Assembly (NCBI GenBank): GCA_964035545.1
Contig: OZ037767.1
Coordinates: forward strand, 12,447,801-12,511,800
From: Bugula neritina
Taxonomy: Eukaryota; Animalia; Bryozoa
Direction of reading: 5' to 3'
DNA: 64,000 bases
Shown: one piece after another, positions 12,801 to 24,849 of the stretch
How the letters are laid out: each line of letters opens with the position of its first letter
Position numbering within the stretch: the first letter of the stretch is position 1
Program-made: the position numbers and the translations under genes
Notes under the pieces: generated by a model
The model's input: the letters and a program-made list of their open reading frames with translations, nothing else
The model's database searches: none
Told to the model about the DNA's origin: nothing

Positions 12801-15788
12801 ACACACCTTTCTATTATGAATTTAGAGATATACATTGTTTTGTCAACCCTTCTGGCAACCAATATTAAGTGCATTGCTCGTTTTCCACGCTTTATATCCA
12901 CTTATTTTACATTTTCTCAATCAACTAAACACAGGTAAGCAGAGTTGCTAACTGGTTGCATGGTATTCAGGCAGTCGCACTTCTTGTCACTCAATTGTTG
13001 ACGATTGATGCTTGAAGAAGGCCTACGGTCCTTACAGTATACATACTGGAGGTACTGTGCTTTGAACTCAAAAACAAAAAAGAGAATATATGACTTGCAA
13101 AACTAACGAATCACATTGTGATGACTCCAGACCCTATTGACAGTGTGCCTCAGTAATGTCTGTTCAGTGCAAACTATGGACAGCAAAGTTGTCAGGCAAT
13201 AAAGATACAAACAATTCTGCAAACCCTTTTCATAAAGGTTTTGTGATGAAAGAGTATCCAGACCCTGTAATGGCTATACAACTGGAGGGAAGGAATATAC
13301 TCGTTTTTCAATAGCAACAAAGCATGTTCAGAACTTGTAGACAGAAACACACTCATGACACATTAAACAATCTGTAACAAGTCTTGCTCATTATAACAGA
13401 CAAATGTTATGACATACTCCTTTCGTTTAGGAGATATATCAACTACTACTCCTACAAAAACAATAAAGAGGTAAAAGACAGCACTGCTCAATTTGATTTC
13501 ATTTCATTCAATTCATTGTAACGCTATCAATGGGCTGCACTTTTGGTCACACCCAGCTAACTGCTCTTGGAAAACTACTCATTTCGCCAATTGTGACATT
13601 ATGTGAACTCACTGTTAGTTTTTAACTTTGAATCAAAAAATGATAAAGTAATTGTAAATCTGTTTACAGTCGTCAAAGCGGCTGATCCTTAATTTCAACA
13701 CTGGGTTTAGGTGATGGAAGAATCCCAAGACAAGTTTGGTACTACGCTAGACAATAGGCTGCTGGCACCGGAAAATGTGAACATGTGTGCATTTAACAGA
13801 TGAAGCTAAAACATGTATACATCTTATATTTAGTGAAAATTGAATATGCATCACTTTTCTATGTGAGAACATTGCTGGATAGTGAAAATAACTAGAAATG
13901 TAGAAGTTCGGGAGTTGTCTCTCCTGTGTTTTTGGTTTGTGTTCTTGACTTGTCACGCTGCAAATATTTGAAAAATCACAACTGCAAATACATTTGTTGG
14001 TGTAGCAAAATTATTAAACCCATCAACCTTTGCGATCTGAGGAACGAAAGACGGATACTGCAACTTACACACCTTTCTATTATGAATTTAGAGATATACA
14101 TTGTTTTGTCAACCCTTCTGGCAACCAATATTAAGTGCATTGCTCGTTTTCCACGCTTTATATCCACTTAGTTTACATTTTCTCAATCAACTAAACACAG
14201 GTAAGCAGAGTTGCTAACTGGTTGCATGGTATTCAGGCAGTCGCACTTCTTGTCACTCAATCGTTGAAGATTGATGCTTGATGAAGGCCTACGGTCCTTA
14301 CAGTATACATACTGGAGGTACTGTGCTTTGAACTCAATAACAAAAAAGAGAATATATGACTTGCAAAACTAACGAATCACATTGTGATGACTCCAGACCC
14401 TATTGACAAGGTGCCTCAGTAATGTCTGTTCAGTGCAAACTATGGACAGCAAAGTTGTCTGGCAATAATGATACAAACAATTCTGCAAACTCTTTTCATA
14501 AAGGTTTTGTGATGAAAGAGTATCCAGACCCTGTAATGGCTATACAACTGGAGGGAAGGAATATACTCGTTTTTCAATAGCAACAAAGCATGTTCAGAAC
14601 TTGTAGACAGAAACACACTCATGACACATTAAACAATCTGTAACAAGTCTTGCTCATTATAACAGACAAATGTTATGACATACTCCTTTCGTTTAGGAGA
14701 TATATCAACTACTACTCCTACAAAAACAATAAAGAGGTAAAAGACAGCACTGCTCAATTTGATTTCATTTCATTCAATTCATTGTAACGCTATCAATGGG
14801 CTGCACTTTTGGTCACACCTGGCTAACTGCTCTTGGAAAACTACTCATTTCGCCAATTGTGACATTATGTGAACTCACTGTTAGTTTTTAACTTTGAATC
14901 AAAAAATGATAAAGTAATTGTAAATCTGTTTACAGTCGTCAAAGCGGCTGATCCTTAATTTCAACACTGGGTTTAGGTGATGGAAGAATCCCAAGACAAG
15001 TTTGGTACTACGCTAGACAATAGGCTGCTGGCACCGGAAAATGTGAACATGTGTGCATTTAACAGATGAAGCTAAAACATGTATACATCTTATATTTAGT
15101 GAAAATTGAATATGCATCACTTTTCTATGTGAGAACATTGCTGGATAGTGAAAATAACTAGAAATGTAGAAGTTCGGGAGTTGTCTCTCCTGTGTTTTTG
15201 GTTTTGTGTTCTTGACTTGTCAGGCTGCAAATATTTGAAAAATCACAACTGCAAATACATTTGTTGGTGTAGCAAAATTATTAAACCCATCAACCTTTGC
15301 GATCTGAGGAACGAAAGACGGATACTGCAACTTACACACCTTTCTATTATGAATTTAGAGATATACATTGTTTTGTCAACCCTTCTGGCAACCAATATTA
15401 AGTGCATTGCTCGTTTTCCACGCTTTATATCCACTTATTTTACATTTTCTCAATCAACTAAACACAGGTAAGCAGAGTTGCTAACTGGTTGCATGGTATT
15501 CAGGCAGTCGCACTTCTTGTCACTCAATTGTTGACGATTGATGCTTGAAGAAGGCCTACGGTCCTTACAGTATACATACTGGAGGTACTGTGCTTTGAAC
15601 TCAAAAACAAAAAAGAGAATATATGACTTGCAAAACTAACGAATCACATTGTGATGACTCCAGACCCTATTGACAGTGTGCCTCAGTAATGTCTGTTCAG
15701 TGCAAACTATGGACAGCAAAGTTGTCAGGCAATAAAGATACAAACAATTCTGCAAACCCTTTTCATAAAGGTTTTGTGATGAAAGAGT

Positions 15789-15796
15789 ATCCAGAC
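15789..15796 (+). repeat. Left target-site duplication ATCCAGAC
   Basis: Identical to 16938-16945; present only once at this site in uninterrupted monomers. Confidence 0.95.
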
Positions 15797-15808
15797 CAGG
15801 GTTGGGGT

Positions 15809-15954
15809 CAATTACATGTAAATGTAATTAATTACAATTACAATTACATGAAGATTTGTCAATTATAATTACAATTATAATTACAGTTGAAAATAAATGT
15901 AATTAATTACAATTACAATTACATGGCAATGTAATTAATTACAATTACAATTAC
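15809..15954. repeat. Left subterminal (AATTAC)n / GTAATTAATTAC repeat block of the hAT element
   Basis: Dense runs of AATTAC and the palindrome GTAATTAATTAC directly inside the left TIR. Confidence 0.9.
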
Positions 15955-16047
15955 TTTTGTTCTCGCAAGGAATAAATAGAAGTTACTTCTAGGGTCCAAC
16001 TACCAGCGGCAATGGTGAACCTCTTTTGTTTTCTACAGTGATACTAT

Positions 16048-16673
16048 TATGTCATTCCATACCAAATCAACCAACTTTCAAGGAGTCCCACATCTTTGTG
16101 TCTCAGATTTTGCTCATATTTACACTAAATGGACCTACACATGTTCAGATTACCATTCGTGAATATTTCTGGCCTGACACAAAAACATTTTGAGAAATTA
16201 CTACTTTGGTGAACAAAGGTTGGAAAATTTGTGATTTATACTTTTAGACCAATTTATATGTAATTTAAAATTTGATTAGGCGAGTATTTGAAATTTTTCA
16301 AAATTTACAAAGATTTGTTCATATTCAATGATTTTGCATATATGCACACAAAGTATTCTGTAGTATGTGTTGCTACTAGTGCAAATTGTTGGGTATTATC
16401 AAATCACAGCAAATTTTAAGGCTCAGTCTGGAAAATTGATTGAGATATAGACGTTTATAGATTAGTCTAAAAATAGAAATCACAAATTTTCCTCAAAATG
16501 TTTCTCAACTTTTGTCCACAAAAGTAGTCAGTTCTCAAAAAAATTTTTGTGTCAGGTCAGAAATACTGAAGAAGAGTACTTGAGGCATGTGTAGGTCTAT
16601 TTGGTGTAAACATTAACAAAATCTGAGACGCAAATAGACGCGGGCAATTCGGTGAGCTGGCATGGAATGACCC
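16048..16673. mobile_element. Nested, older inverted-repeat element (MITE-like, family unassigned) inside the hAT element
   Basis: Left end GTCATTCCATACCA (16051) matches the reverse complement of right end TGGCATGGAATGACCC (ends 16673). Imperfect inverted arms continue for ~180 bp (TCTCAGATTTTG/CAAAATCTGAGA, GACCTACACATG/CATGTGTAGGTC, CCTGACACAAAAA/TTTTTGTGTCAGG). TACTAT flanks both sides (16042-16047, 16674-16679). Confidence 0.75.
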
Positions 16674-16758
16674 TACTATATTGACCTAACTATCTGAACT
16701 TGTTATTTAACAGTAGGCATTGTAGAAAAAGGAGTTTTTTAAGATTTAAAAGTTTGAA

Positions 16759-16927
16759 GTAATTGACATGTAATTATAAAGTAATTGTAAAAATCAATTA
16801 CATTAGATATGTAATTAATTACAATTACAATTACAATTACATTTTTAAACCTCAATTACAAATTACATTCAATTACTTGAAAAAATGTAATTAATTACAG
16901 CCAATTACAATTACAAATTACAATTAC
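16759..16927. repeat. Right subterminal (AATTAC)n / GTAATTAATTAC repeat block of the hAT element
   Basis: Same hexamer and palindrome clustered inside the right TIR. Confidence 0.9.
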
Positions 16928-16937
16928 CCCAACCCTG

Positions 16938-16945
16938 ATCCAGAC
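16938..16945 (+). repeat. Right target-site duplication ATCCAGAC
   Basis: Identical to 15789-15796; the monomer resumes with CCTGTAATGG straight after. Confidence 0.95.
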
Positions 16946-19900
16946 CCTGTAATGGCTATACAACTGGAGGGAAGGAATATACTCGTTTTTCAATAGCAAC
17001 AAAGCATGTTCAGAACTTGTAGACAGAAACACACTCATGACACATTAAACAATCTGTAACAAGTCTTGATCATTATAACAGACAAATGTTATGACATACT
17101 CCTTTCGTTTAGGAGATATATCAACTACTACTCCTACAAAAACAATAAAGAGGTAAAAGACAGCACTGCTCAGTTTGATTTCATTTCATTCAATTCATTG
17201 TAACGCCATCAATGGGCTGCACTTTTGGTCACACCTGGCTAACTGCTCTTGGAAAATTACTCATTTCGCCAATTGTGACATTATGTGAACTCACTGTTAG
17301 TTTTTAACTTTGAATCAAAAAATGATAAAGTAATTGTAAATCTGTTTACAGTCGTCAAAGCGGCTGATCCTTAATTTCAACACTGGGTTTAGGTGATGGA
17401 AGAATCCCAAGACAAGTTTGGTACTACGCTAGACAATAGGCTGCTGGCACCGGAAAATGTGAACATGTGTGCATTTAACAGGTGAAGCTAAAACATGTAT
17501 ACATCTTATATTTAGTGAAAATTGAATATGCATCACTTTTCTATGTGAGAACATTGCTGGATAGTGAAAATAACTAGAAATGTAGAAGTTCGGGAGTTGT
17601 CTCTCCTGTGTTTTTGGTTTTGTGTTCTTGACTTGTCAGGCTGCAAATATTTGAAAAATCACAACTGCAAATACATTTGTTGGTGTAGCAAAATTATTAA
17701 ACCCATCAACCTTTGCGATCTGAGGAACGAAAGACGGATACTGCAACTTACACACCTTTCTATTATGAATTTAGAGATATACATTGTTTTGTCGACCCTT
17801 CTGGCAACCAATATTAAGTGCATTGCTCGTTTTCCACGCTTTATATCCACTTAGTTTACATTTTCTCAATCAACTAAACACAGGTAAGCAGAGTTGCTAA
17901 CTGGTTGCATGGTATTCAGGCAGTCGCACTTCTTGTCACTCAATCGTTGAAGATTGATGCTTGATGAAGGCCTACGGTCCTTACAGTATACATACTGGAG
18001 GTACTGTGCTTTGAACTCAATAACAAAAAAGAGAATATATGACTTGCAAAACTAACGAATCACATTGTGATGACTCCAGACCCTATTGACAAGGTGCCTC
18101 AGTAATGTCTGTTCAGTGCAAACTATGGACAGCAAAGTTGTCTGGCAATAATGATACAAACAATTCTGCAAACTCTTTTCATAAAGGTTTTGTGATGAAA
18201 GAGTATCCAGACCCTGTAATGGCTATACAACTGGAGGGAAGGAATATACTCGTTTTTCAATAGCAACAAAGCATGTTCAGAACTTGTAGACAGAAACACA
18301 CTCATGACACATTAAACAATCTGTAACAAGTCTTGCTCATTATAACAGACAAATGTTATGACATACTCCTTTCGTTTAGGAGATATATCAACTACTACTC
18401 CTACAAAAACAATAAAGAGGTAAAAGACAGCACTGCTCAATTTGATTTCATTTCATTCAATTCATTGTAACGCTATCAATGGGCTGCACTTTTGGTCACA
18501 CCTGGCTAACTGCTCTTGGAAAACTACTCATTTCGCCAATTGTGACATTATGTGAACTCACTGTTAGTTTTTAACTTTGAATCAAAAAATGATAAAGTAA
18601 TTGTAAATCTGTTTACAGTCGTCAAAGCGGCTGATCCTTAATTTCAACACTGGGTTTAGGTGATGGAAGAATCCCAAGACAAGTTTGGTACTACGCTAGA
18701 CAATAGGCTGCTGGCACCGGAAAATGTGAACATGTGTGCATTTAACAGATGAAGCTAAAACATGTATACATCTTATATTTAGTGAAAATTGAATATGCAT
18801 CACTTTTCTATGTGAGAACATTGCTGGATAGTGAAAATAACTAGAAATGTAGAAGTTCGGGAGTTGTCTCTCCTGTGTTTTTGGTTTTGTGTTCTTGACT
18901 TGTCAGGCTGCAAATATTTGAAAAATCACAACTGCAAATACATTTGTTGGTGTAGCAAAATTATTAAACCCATCAACCTTTGCGATCTGAGGAACGAAAG
19001 ACGGATACTGCAACTTACACACCTTTCTATTATGAATTTAGAGATATACATTGTTTTGTCAACCCTTCTGGCAACCAATATTAAGTGCATTGCTCGTTTT
19101 CCACGCTTTATATCCACTTATTTTACATTTTCTCAATCAACTAAACACAGGTAAGCAGAGTTGCTAACTGGTTGCATGGTATTCAGGCAGTCGCACTTCT
19201 TGTCACTCAATTGTTGACGATTGATGCTTGAAGAAGGCCTACGGTCCTTACAGTATACATACTGGAGGTACTGTGCTTTGAACTCAAAAACAAAAAAGAG
19301 AATATATGACTTGCAAAACTAACGAATCACATTGTGATGACTCCAGACCCTATTGACAGTGTGCCTCAGTAATGTCTGTTCAGTGCAAACTATGGACAGC
19401 AAAGTTGTCAGGCAATAAAGATACAAACAATTCTGCAAACCCTTTTCATAAAGGTTTTGTGATGAAAGAGTATCCAGACCCTGTAATGGCTATACAACTG
19501 GAGGGAAGGAATATACTCGTTTTTCAATAGCAACAAAGCATGTTCAGAACTTGTAGACAGAAACACACTCATGACACATTAAACAATCTGTAACAAGTCT
19601 TGATCATTATAACAGACAAATGTTATGACATACTCCTTTCGTTTAGGAGATATATCAACTACTACTCCTACAAAAACAATAAAGAGGTAAAAGACAGCAC
19701 TGCTCAGTTTGATTTCATTTCATTCAATTCATTGTAACGCCATCAATGGGCTGCACTTTTGGTCACACCTGGCTAACTGCTCTTGGAAAATTACTCATTT
19801 CGCCAATTGTGACATTATGTGAACTCACTGTTAGTTTTTAACTTTGAATCAAAAAATGATAAAGTAATTGTAAATCTGTTTACAGTCGTCAAAGCGGCTG

Positions 19901-22900
19901 ATCCTTAATTTCAACACTGGGTTTAGGTGATGGAAGAATCCCAAGACAAGTTTGGTACTACGCTAGACAATAGGCTGCTGGCACCGGAAAATGTGAACAT
20001 GTGTGCATTTAACAGGTGAAGCTAAAACATGTATACATCTTATATTTAGTGAAAATTGAATATGCATCACTTTTCTATGTGAGAACATTGCTGGATAGTG
20101 AAAATAACTAGAAATGTAGAAGTTCGGGAGTTGTCTCTCCTGTGTTTTTGGTTTTGTGTTCTTGACTTGTCAGGCTGCAAATATTTGAAAAATCACAACT
20201 GCAAATACATTTGTTGGTGTAGCAAAATTATTAAACCCATCAACCTTTGCGATCTGAGGAACGAAAGACGGATACTGCAACTTACACACCTTTCTATTAT
20301 GAATTTAGAGATATACATTGTTTTGTCGACCCTTCTGGCAACCAATATTAAGTGCATTGCTCGTTTTCCACGCTTTATATCCACTTAGTTTACATTTTCT
20401 CAATCAACTAAACACAGGTAAGCAGAGTTGCTAACTGGTTGCATGGTATTCAGGCAGTCGCACTTCTTGTCACTCAATCGTTGAAGATTGATGCTTGATG
20501 AAGGCCTACGGTCCTTACAGTATACATACTGGAGGTACTGTGCTTTGAACTCAATAACAAAAAAGAGAATATATGACTTGCAAAACTAACGAATCACATT
20601 GTGATGACTCCAGACCCTATTGACAAGGTGCCTCAGTAATGTCTGTTCAGTGCAAACTATGGACAGCAAAGTTGTCTGGCAATAATGATACAAACAATTC
20701 TGCAAACTCTTTTCATAAAGGTTTTGTGATGAAAGAGTATCCAGACCCTGTAATGGCTATACAACTGGAGGGAAGGAATATACTCGTTTTTCAATAGCAA
20801 CAAAGCATGTTCAGAACTTGTAGACAGAAACACACTCATGACACATTAAACAATCTGTAACAAGTCTTGCTCATTATAACAGACAAATGTTATGACATAC
20901 TCCTTTCGTTTAGGAGATATATCAACTACTACTCCTACAAAAACAATAAAGAGGTAAAAGACAGCACTGCTCAATTTGATTTCATTTCATTCAATTCATT
21001 GTAACGCTATCAATGGGCTGCACTTTTGGTCACACCTGGCTAACTGCTCTTGGAAAACTACTCATTTCGCCAATTGTGACATTATGTGAACTCACTGTTA
21101 GTTTTTAACTTTGAATCAAAAAATGATAAAGTAATTGTAAATCTGTTTACAGTCGTCAAAGCGGCTGATCCTTAATTTCAACACTGGGTTTAGGTGATGG
21201 AAGAATCCCAAGACAAGTTTGGTACTACGCTAGACAATAGGCTGCTGGCACCGGAAAATGTGAACATGTGTGCATTTAACAGATGAAGCTAAAACATGTA
21301 TACATCTTATATTTAGTGAAAATTGAATATGCATCACTTTTCTATGTGAGAACATTGCTGGATAGTGAAAATAACTAGAAATGTAGAAGTTCGGGAGTTG
21401 TCTCTCCTGTGTTTTTGGTTTTGTGTTCTTGACTTGTCAGGCTGCAAATATTTGAAAAATCACAACTGCAAATACATTTGTTGGTGTAGCAAAATTATTA
21501 AACCCATCAACCTTTGCGATCTGAGGAACGAAAGACGGATACTGCAACTTACACACCTTTCTATTATGAATTTAGAGATATACATTGTTTTGTCAACCCT
21601 TCTGGCAACCAATATTAAGTGCATTGCTCGTTTTCCACGCTTTATATCCACTTATTTTACATTTTCTCAATCAACTAAACACAGGTAAGCAGAGTTGCTA
21701 ACTGGTTGCATGGTATTCAGGCAGTCGCACTTCTTGTCACTCAATTGTTGACGATTGATGCTTGAAGAAGGCCTACGGTCCTTACAGTATACATACTGGA
21801 GGTACTGTGCTTTGAACTCAAAAACAAAAAAGAGAATATATGACTTGCAAAACTAACGAATCACATTGTGATGACTCCAGACCCTATTGACAGTGTGCCT
21901 CAGTAATGTCTGTTCAGTGCAAACTATGGACAGCAAAGTTGTCAGGCAATAAAGATACAAACAATTCTGCAAACCCTTTTCATAAAGGTTTTGTGATGAA
22001 AGAGTATCCAGACCCTGTAATGGCTATACAACTGGAGGGAAGGAATATACTCGTTTTTCAATAGCAACAAAGCATGTTCAGAACTTGTAGACAGAAACAC
22101 ACTCATGACACATTAAACAATCTGTAACAAGTCTTGCTCATTATAACAGACAAATGTTATGACATACTCCTTTCGTTTAGGAGATATATCAACTACTACT
22201 CCTACAAAAACAATAAAGAGGTAAAAGACAGCACTGCTCAATTTGATTTCATTTCATTCAATTCATTGTAACGCTATCAATGGGCTGCACTTTTGGTCAC
22301 ACCCAGCTAACTGCTCTTGGAAAACTACTCATTTCGCCAATTGTGACATTATGTGAACTCACTGTTAGTTTTTAACTTTGAATCAAAAAATGATAAAGTA
22401 ATTGTAAATCTGTTTACAGTGGTCAAAGCGGCTGATCCTTAATTTCAACACTGGGTTTAGGTGATGGAAGAATCCCAAGACAAGTTTGGTACTACGCTAG
22501 ACAATAGGCTGCTGGCACCGGAAAATGTGAACATGTGTGCATTTAACAGATGAAGCTAAAACATGTATACATCTTATATTTAGTGAAAATTGAATATGCA
22601 TCACTTTTCTATGTGAGAACATTGCTGGATAGTGAAAATAACTAGAAATGTAGAAGTTCGGGAGTTGTCTCTCCTGTGTTTTTGGTTTGTGTTCTTGACT
22701 TGTCACGCTGCAAATATTTGAAAAATCACAACTGCAAATACATTTGTTGGTGTAGCAAAATTATTAAACCCATCAACCTTTGCGATCTGAGGAACGAAAG
22801 ACGGATACTGCAACTTACACACCTTTCTATTATGAATTTAGAGATATACATTGTTTTGTCAACCCTTCTGGCAACCAATATTAAGTGCATTGCTCGTTTT

Positions 22901-24849
22901 CCACGCTTTATATCCACTTAGTTTACATTTTCTCAATCAACTAAACACAGGTAAGCAGAGTTGCTAACTGGTTGCATGGTATTCAGGCAGTCGCACTTCT
23001 TGTCACTCAATCGTTGAAGATTGATGCTTGATGAAGGCCTACGGTCCTTACAGTATACATACTGGAGGTACTGTGCTTTGAACTCAATAACAAAAAAGAG
23101 AATATATGACTTGCAAAACTAACGAATCACATTGTGATGACTCCAGACCCTATTGACAAGGTGCCTCAGTAATGTCTGTTCAGTGCAAACTATGGACAGC
23201 AAAGTTGTCTGGCAATAATGATACAAACAATTCTGCAAACTCTTTTCATAAAGGTTTTGTGATGAAAGAGTATCCAGACCCTGTAATGGCTATACAACTG
23301 GAGGGAAGGAATATACTCGTTTTTCAATAGCAACAAAGCATGTTCAGAACTTGTAGACAGAAACACACTCATGACACATTAAACAATCTGTAACAAGTCT
23401 TGCTCATTATAACAGACAAATGTTATGACATACTCCTTTCGTTTAGGAGATATATCAACTACTACTCCTACAAAAACAATAAAGAGGTAAAAGACAGCAC
23501 TGCTCAATTTGATTTCATTTCATTCAATTCATTGTAACGCTATCAATGGGCTGCACTTTTGGTCACACCTGGCTAACTGCTCTTGGAAAACTACTCATTT
23601 CGCCAATTGTGACATTATGTGAACTCACTGTTAGTTTTTAACTTTGAATCAAAAAATGATAAAGTAATTGTAAATCTGTTTACAGTCGTCAAAGCGGCTG
23701 ATCCTTAATTTCAACACTGGGTTTAGGTGATGGAAGAATCCCAAGACAAGTTTGGTACTACGCTAGACAATAGGCTGCTGGCACCGGAAAATGTGAACAT
23801 GTGTGCATTTAACAGATGAAGCTAAAACATGTATACATCTTATATTTAGTGAAAATTGAATATGCATCACTTTTCTATGTGAGAACATTGCTGGATAGTG
23901 AAAATAACTAGAAATGTAGAAGTTCGGGAGTTGTCTCTCCTGTGTTTTTGGTTTTGTGTTCTTGACTTGTCAGGCTGCAAATATTTGAAAAATCACAACT
24001 GCAAATACATTTGTTGGTGTAGCAAAATTATTAAACCCATCAACCTTTGCGATCTGAGGAACGAAAGACGGATACTGCAACTTACACACCTTTCTATTAT
24101 GAATTTAGAGATATACATTGTTTTGTCAACCCTTCTGGCAACCAATATTAAGTGCATTGCTCGTTTTCCACGCTTTATATCCACTTATTTTACATTTTCT
24201 CAATCAACTAAACACAGGTAAGCAGAGTTGCTAACTGGTTGCATGGTATTCAGGCAGTCGCACTTCTTGTCACTCAATTGTTGACGATTGATGCTTGAAG
24301 AAGGCCTACGGTCCTTACAGTATACATACTGGAGGTACTGTGCTTTGAACTCAAAAACAAAAAAGAGAATATATGACTTGCAAAACTAACGAATCACATT
24401 GTGATGACTCCAGACCCTATTGACAGTGTGCCTCAGTAATGTCTGTTCAGTGCAAACTATGGACAGCAAAGTTGTCAGGCAATAAAGATACAAACAATTC
24501 TGCAAACCCTTTTCATAAAGGTTTTGTGATGAAAGAGTATCCAGACCCTGTAATGGCTATACAACTGGAGGGAAGGAATATACTCGTTTTTCAATAGCAA
24601 CAAAGCATGTTCAGAACTTGTAGACAGAAACACACTCATGACACATTAAACAATCTGTAACAAGTCTTGCTCATTATAACAGACAAATGTTATGACATAC
24701 TCCTTTCGTTTAGGAGATATATCAACTACTACTCCTACAAAAACAATAAAGAGGTAAAAGACAGCACTGCTCAATTTGATTTCATTTCATTCAATTCATT
24801 GTAACGCTATCAATAGGCTGCACTTTTGGTCACACCCAGCTAACTGCTC

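Larger units (their letters stand above)
15797..16937. mobile_element. Non-autonomous DNA transposon (MITE-like), hAT superfamily, 1141 bp
   Basis: Perfect 12-bp TIRs CAGGGTTGGGGT (15797-15808) and ACCCCAACCCTG (16926-16937). 8-bp TSD ATCCAGAC on both sides. The empty site GAGTATCCAGACCCTG is present in sister monomers. Monomer spacing rises by exactly 1149 = 1141+8 (anchors 15148 to 17564). No transposase ORF. An 8-bp TSD, short TIRs and subterminal repeats are hAT hallmarks. Confidence 0.93.
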
